Below, piece by piece: positions 59,249 through 64,000 of a stretch of 64,000 bases of DNA. Source of the DNA: a candidate division WOR-3 bacterium (lineage in GTDB: Bacteria > Hydrothermota > Hydrothermia > LBFQ01); assembly GCA_039802605.1 (NCBI GenBank), contig JBDRWW010000008.1, forward strand, positions 6,108-70,107, written 5' to 3'. The position numbers were made by a program, and so were the translations under genes. The notes under the pieces are model-generated. The model saw only the letters and a list, made by a program, of their open reading frames with translations, made no database searches and was not told the origin of the DNA. How positions within the stretch are numbered: the stretch's first letter is position 1; every line of letters starts with the position of its first letter.

Positions 59249-59629
59249 ATGAACGAATTGAGGATTGATTTGGGCGATTTAAGGAAAAAAGCGCAGGAGG
59301 TTAAAGAGAGCGGTTATACATACTTTTCCTTTATGACGGCCGTTGATAGCGGCAAAAATTTAACCCTTTATTATAGGTTGGCAAACCTTGAAAACAATTC
59401 CGAGGTTTGGATAGTTGTGGAGAATGTCCCATATGATGCCGAAGTCCCCTCCCTTTACGACTTATTTGAGGGTGCGGATTGGCATGAAAGGGAGTGTTAT
59501 GACCTTTTTGGGGTTAGGTTTTCCGGACATCCCAACCTTAAAAGAATCCTTTTACCCGACGATTACGAAGGTCATCCGCTTTTAAAGAGCTTCCCCATAG
59601 ACGCACCCTATAAAGATTATAGGGACTGA
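59249..59629 (+). CDS. NuoC-like protein (complex I 30-kDa subunit family), solitary.
   Basis: [39 protein letters not shown] matches the PF00329 core. Confidence 0.7.
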   Translation: MNELRIDLGDLRKKAQEVKESGYTYFSFMTAVDSGKNLTLYYRLANLENNSEVWIVVENVPYDAEVPSLYDLFEGADWHERECYDLFGVRFSGHPNLKRILLPDDYEGHPLLKSFPIDAPYKDYRD

Positions 59630-61188
59630 TGAAGTTTGTATTCATAACCGGTGGCGTTCTATCCTCTTTGGGTAAGGGTATAACTACGGCCTCGTTGGGT
59701 TTGCTGTTGAAGAGTAGGGGTTTAAGGGTAACCCTTGTAAAAATAGACCCTTATCTCAACTCCGATGCGGGAACAATGAACCCTTACCAACACGGCGAGG
59801 TATTTGTTACGGACGATGGCGGGGAAACGGATCTTGATATAGGGCATTACGAGAGATTCCTAGGGGAAAACCTATCGAGAAAAAACAACATTACGGCCGG
59901 TCAGGTATATCACGAGATAATACACAAGGAGAGGAGGGGGGATTTCCTAGGGGCAACCGTTCAAGTTGTACCACACCTTACGAACCTTATAAAGGAAAAA
60001 CTGAAAGATATAGCAAAGGATTACGATTTATGCTTGGCGGAAATAGGGGGAACCGTCGGGGATATAGAGAGTTTGCCCTTTTTGGAAGCGGCAAGACAGA
60101 TGGGGCTAGAAGAGAATAGCTTCTACATACATGTTTCTTATGTACCCTTTGTAAGGTCTGTTGGGGAGCAGAAGACAAAACCAACCCAACATTCCGTTCA
60201 AAAGTTGAGGGAGATAGGGATACAACCGGATGCAATAGTTTGCAGGGGTGAATACCCCTTAACGGAGGATGCTAGGTCAAAAATAGCATTGTTTTCAAGT
60301 GTCCCTATAAGGGCGGTTATAAGCGCCTACGATGTTGAAAATGTTTATAGGATACCCTTTATTTTAGCGGAGCAAGGTTTGGACGATTTGATCCTAGAAA
60401 AACTCGGAATAAGGACATATTTCAAAAGGGATTTGTCCGACTGGGAAAGGTTTGTTAATAACCTTGAAAGTGCCAAAAGGGTTAAAAAGGTTGCGATAGT
60501 TGGGAAGTATGTTGAGGTTAGGGATGCTTATAAAAGCCTTATAGAGGCTATAACGCACGCAGGGGCGTATACGGGGATAAAACCGGAAATAAAACTTATA
60601 GATGCCGTCGAAATAGAGGAAAAGGGGGCGGATGGTGTTTTAAGGGATTACGATGTAATCATAATAGCGGGTGGCTTTGGGAAAAGGGGAATAGAGGGTA
60701 AAATAAAGGCCATAGAGTACGCTAGGAAGAACAAAAAACCCATATTGGGTATATGCTTGGGGATGCAGTTGATGACGGTTGAGTGGGCGAGAAATGTTTT
60801 GAACTGGAAGGAGGCGCATAGCGAGGAGTTTGATAAAGATACACCTTATCCCGTGATACACCTCTTACCCGACCAGAAGGATAAACCCTTGGGTGGAACA
60901 ATGAGGCTTGGGGGGCAGGATATAAAATTAAAACCGGGAACTTTTGTCCATTCCTTATACGGTAAGGATGTTATAAGGGAAAGGCATAGGCATAGATACG
61001 AGTTTAACAACTCTTATAGGGAAGAGTTTGAAAAGAGCGGGCTTGTGATTTCCGGGGAAGTTGATGGGCTGGTTGAGATTATAGAATGGCCGGAACACCC
61101 GTTTTTTATAGGGGTTCAATTCCATCCGGAATATTCATCAAAACCCCTAAATCCGCATCCCCTATTCGTTAAACTCCTCTCCTTGTAA
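59629..61188 (+). CDS. pyrG: CTP synthase.
   Basis: KFVFITGGVLSSLGKGITTASLG, and the glutaminase domain has GICLGMQ. Confidence 0.95.
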   Translation: MKFVFITGGVLSSLGKGITTASLGLLLKSRGLRVTLVKIDPYLNSDAGTMNPYQHGEVFVTDDGGETDLDIGHYERFLGENLSRKNNITAGQVYHEIIHKERRGDFLGATVQVVPHLTNLIKEKLKDIAKDYDLCLAEIGGTVGDIESLPFLEAARQMGLEENSFYIHVSYVPFVRSVGEQKTKPTQHSVQKLREIGIQPDAIVCRGEYPLTEDARSKIALFSSVPIRAVISAYDVENVYRIPFILAEQGLDDLILEKLGIRTYFKRDLSDWERFVNNLESAKRVKKVAIVGKYVEVRDAYKSLIEAITHAGAYTGIKPEIKLIDAVEIEEKGADGVLRDYDVIIIAGGFGKRGIEGKIKAIEYARKNKKPILGICLGMQLMTVEWARNVLNWKEAHSEEFDKDTPYPVIHLLPDQKDKPLGGTMRLGGQDIKLKPGTFVHSLYGKDVIRERHRHRYEFNNSYREEFEKSGLVISGEVDGLVEIIEWPEHPFFIGVQFHPEYSSKPLNPHPLFVKLLSL

Positions 61189-62522
61189 TGTTTTGGACGC
61201 TAAACCCCATTTGGTTTTATGTTGGGCTTGGGGGAGTTTTAGCGGTTATATTTATCCATACCGTTGCCAATAGGCTGGCACCTAAAATACAATTCTCATG
61301 GGTGGGTTTCTTTGATACCGGTGTAACTAGGGCATCCTTACTCTTAAAGGTAAGGGATTATCTGGTTTTGCTTTTGAGATGCTTAACGGTTTTATTGCTC
61401 TTTTTAATTTTGGCAAAGCCTTTTCTCTATAACGGAAAACCGCCGAGGGAGATTTGGGTAAAGGATATACCATTTGATAAGGTGGCAGAGATATATAAAA
61501 AATGGGGGGAATTTTCCGAAATCAGATTCTCGCCCTCGCAAAACCCCAAGGGTAAGGTTGCATTGGTGGGTGTTTGGAACGAAATACCTCCGGTTGAGTA
61601 CGAGGTTTGGTCTTCCGAAGGTTCTTGGAAAATTCTAAGCGTTGATGCGGATATGGATAGGATAAAAATCGTTATAAAAACGGGTAATTTACCCGCAAAA
61701 TTGAATATAAACCTCCAATCTCCAAAAACGACTTTGTCGGATGAGATTGAACTACCAAAGGATACGGTTTTTATATACTCCGCTTCCGGAAACTTTACGG
61801 GAGAAGTTATCATAAACATCGGGAATTTAACCCTTTACGATTATGTCCTTGAACAAGGCGAAAGGGGAAGGGTTTACGGTAGGGGAATGGACGGCGAGGT
61901 AGTTTATTACGCTTTAAAAACCACAAAGGCAAATTTAAGGGTCGGTGTTGATACGGTTTTTGATGGATTAGATGTGGTTTTTACGAAGGAATGCAAAACG
62001 CTTGATGGATTGGGTTTAAATTACGAAAGGGGTTTGGTTGAATTTCTATTCCCGGATAGTGGATGCGTTTTTAAAAGCGGAAAGCCGTTATTATACGATA
62101 AGAGGGGGAATTTGGTGGGTGTTGAGTACAAGGGTTTAAAGGTTTTCGGCTTTTCTCCCACATATACCGGGTGGGGATTTACACCGGAATTCCTCAGGTT
62201 TTTATCCGTTTTTTCAAAGGATATTTGGAAGGTTTATGCCTTTGTTGGCGATAGCGTAAAACTTGGGGATAACTACACCATAAAGGGTAAAACATCTATA
62301 TGTTGCCCCGATGTTTTTAGGGGCGAGCTTCCGGGGATATATAGGGTTTATAAGGGAAACGACCTAAAAGGTGTAATCGTTGTGAATGAAAAGGTGGGTT
62401 TGAGGATACCGGAACCACCCAAACCTTTAAGCGACCATATAAAAATAGCCCTTATCCTCGTGGTTTTCCTTGAAATACTTTTAACCCTTTCATCCTTAAA
62501 ATTTCCCATATGGAAAGGGTAA
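61188..62522 (+). CDS. Membrane-anchored hypothetical protein (N-terminal double-TM domain).
   Basis: Two N-terminal TM helices and one C-terminal TM helix. No catalytic motif. Confidence 0.45.
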   Translation: MFWTLNPIWFYVGLGGVLAVIFIHTVANRLAPKIQFSWVGFFDTGVTRASLLLKVRDYLVLLLRCLTVLLLFLILAKPFLYNGKPPREIWVKDIPFDKVAEIYKKWGEFSEIRFSPSQNPKGKVALVGVWNEIPPVEYEVWSSEGSWKILSVDADMDRIKIVIKTGNLPAKLNINLQSPKTTLSDEIELPKDTVFIYSASGNFTGEVIINIGNLTLYDYVLEQGERGRVYGRGMDGEVVYYALKTTKANLRVGVDTVFDGLDVVFTKECKTLDGLGLNYERGLVEFLFPDSGCVFKSGKPLLYDKRGNLVGVEYKGLKVFGFSPTYTGWGFTPEFLRFLSVFSKDIWKVYAFVGDSVKLGDNYTIKGKTSICCPDVFRGELPGIYRVYKGNDLKGVIVVNEKVGLRIPEPPKPLSDHIKIALILVVFLEILLTLSSLKFPIWKG

Positions 62523-63727
62523 AGAGGATTTTAACGCCAACGGTTATAGTATCCGCCTTCGGCTACTTTGTTGATATTTTTGACTTGGTATTGTTTTCCA
62601 TTTTGAGGGTTCCGAGTTTAAAGGATATAGGGTTAAGTCCGGAGGAGATTTTAACGAAAGGGGTTTATATTTTAAACGCCCAAATGGCTGGGTTTATGGT
62701 GGGTGGTATATTGTTTGGGATTATTGGGGATAAAATAGGGAGAAAGCAGGCTTTGTTCGGCTCAATATTAGTATATTCAATTGCCAATATCCTTAACGCC
62801 TTTGTATTTGACCCTTGGTCTTATATGGTTATTAGGTTTTTTGCGGGTTTGGGTTTGGCGGGTGAATTGGGTGGAGCCATAACATTGGTTAGCGAAACGC
62901 TTAGTAAAGAGGATAGGGGTTGGGGTACAACCGTCGTCGCATCCTTTGGAATATCCGGGGCAATTTTTGCCGGACTTTTTGCGGAGGTTTTACATTGGAG
63001 GGTGATATATATAATCGGTGGGATCTTGGGTCTTGTGTTGTTGTTTTTCAGGTTTAGGGTTTATGAATCCCTTATGTTTGAAAAGGTTAAGAGGTTAGAT
63101 GTTAAAAAGGGAGATTTGATTTTACTCTTTTCATCTTCCGAAAGGGTTTTTAGGTTATTTAAGGTTATGCTCGTGGGCTTGCCCATATGGTATTCCGTGG
63201 CGATCCCGGTGGTTTTATCTCCGGAAATGGCCAGGGTTTTAAATGTCAAAGGGGATGTTCATGCTAGTATAGCCGTTGCGGTTAATTATGCGGGTATAGC
63301 CCTTGGGGATTTCATAAGCGGAAGTTTAAGCCAGGTTTTAAGGAGTCGTAAGAAGGCTATAATAATATTCCTGTTTTTGCTTATTGCCTTCTTATGGCTT
63401 TATTTTTCTTTAAGGGGAATATCAAATACAGCCTTTTACTTCCTTTGTTTTATCCTCGGAATTGGCGCCGGTTATTGGGTTGTTTTTATAACCACGGCTG
63501 CCGAGCAATTCGGGACGAATTTAAGGGCCACCGTTGCCACAATTACCCCTAACTTTATACGGTTCTCGGTCGTTCCCATAACATCATCCTTTCTGGCCTT
63601 AAAGCCACATTTTGGAATGGTTGGTGCAGCCATTATGGTGGGTGCGGTGTGCTTTGCAATTTCGTTTATTTCTTGGTTTTTCCTTGATGAGACATTTGGG
63701 AAGGACCTGGATTATGTTGAAGGGTGA
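62510..63727 (+). CDS. MFS transporter.
   Basis: A 12-TM profile. GDKIGRKQAL is an MFS loop motif. Confidence 0.7.
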   Translation: MERVKRILTPTVIVSAFGYFVDIFDLVLFSILRVPSLKDIGLSPEEILTKGVYILNAQMAGFMVGGILFGIIGDKIGRKQALFGSILVYSIANILNAFVFDPWSYMVIRFFAGLGLAGELGGAITLVSETLSKEDRGWGTTVVASFGISGAIFAGLFAEVLHWRVIYIIGGILGLVLLFFRFRVYESLMFEKVKRLDVKKGDLILLFSSSERVFRLFKVMLVGLPIWYSVAIPVVLSPEMARVLNVKGDVHASIAVAVNYAGIALGDFISGSLSQVLRSRKKAIIIFLFLLIAFLWLYFSLRGISNTAFYFLCFILGIGAGYWVVFITTAAEQFGTNLRATVATITPNFIRFSVVPITSSFLALKPHFGMVGAAIMVGAVCFAISFISWFFLDETFGKDLDYVEG

Positions 63728-63799
63728 AACGGAATAAATTATGGGTGCGCTAAACCCACCATAATTAGGAATTTTTTCAACATTAAAATGCTTTTATTA

Positions 63800-64000
63800 T
63801 GGCAATAACAGCATTAATAACATCCTTGCCGCTGGAAGGTATAACCCCAAAGCCCGATAAAAGGGCTGGGAAGATATACGAGGAAGGTATAAGGATGCTC
63901 TTCACACAGAATGTAGGGCAAATACCGAACCACGAGGTAGTCTTCTACACAATACACCCAAGCGTTGTGTATGTTCTAAGGAACGGGAAAATAAACATAA
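63800..64000 (+). CDS. Hypothetical protein (5' part; continues beyond the window).
   Basis: The ATG at 63800 gives MAITALITSLPLEGITPKPDKRAGKIYEEG..., open to the window end. Confidence 0.3.

Noticed and set aside
1-64000. A CRISPR array, rRNA genes, or IS/transposase genes.
   Set aside because: I found no regularly spaced direct repeats, no rRNA-like stretches, and no transposase or integrase ORF. The only repeats found are the 25-bp pair around the restriction-modification cassette and the 11-bp inverted repeat.

Overview
This 64-kb window comes from a moderately AT-rich genome, probably a thermophile of an FCB-like (Bacteroidota/Ignavibacteria-related) lineage. Reverse gyrase is present, two secreted beta-propeller proteins end in T9SS/Por-type C-terminal sorting domains, and ribosomal protein L24 carries a 4-Cys zinc ribbon. 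Most of the window is housekeeping. An S10-type ribosomal cluster (tuf-rpsJ-rplC-rplD-rplW-rplB-rpsS-rplV-rpsC-rplP-rpmC-rpsQ-rplN-rplX) on the minus strand stops abruptly at purA. Also present are rplS, rplT-pheS, aspS, dxr, pyrF, pyrG, fabD, ahcY, tandem tatA, an EF-G paralog and a block of five tRNA genes (Val, 3x Pro, Ile). Three stretches read as AT-richer, accessory DNA. (1) A tightly packed minus-strand operon next to tRNA-Gln at 48.2-56.4 kb encodes a PLD-nuclease/SNF2-helicase fusion, a 1173-aa MmeI/PglX/Eco57I-family N6-adenine methyltransferase, and a 4-nt-overlapping MNT/HEPN pair plus a 241-aa unknown. This is the best candidate for an uncharacterised ATP-dependent restriction/abortive-infection defence system. 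(2) A decayed Type II restriction-modification cassette carries a frameshifted beta-class methyltransferase and a frameshifted putative endonuclease. It is flanked by perfect 25-bp direct repeats and inserted exactly at the stop codon of reverse gyrase. (3) A 604-aa orphan methyltransferase with an unknown 250-aa N-terminal domain sits upstream of rplT behind an 11-bp inverted repeat. Further oddities are a SAM-methyltransferase/ATP-grasp (Ddl-like) fusion next to ahcY, a baeRF (eRF1-like) protein, a solitary NuoC-like gene, and an EF-G paralog with degenerate G motifs. No CRISPR array, rRNA or recognisable transposase was seen.
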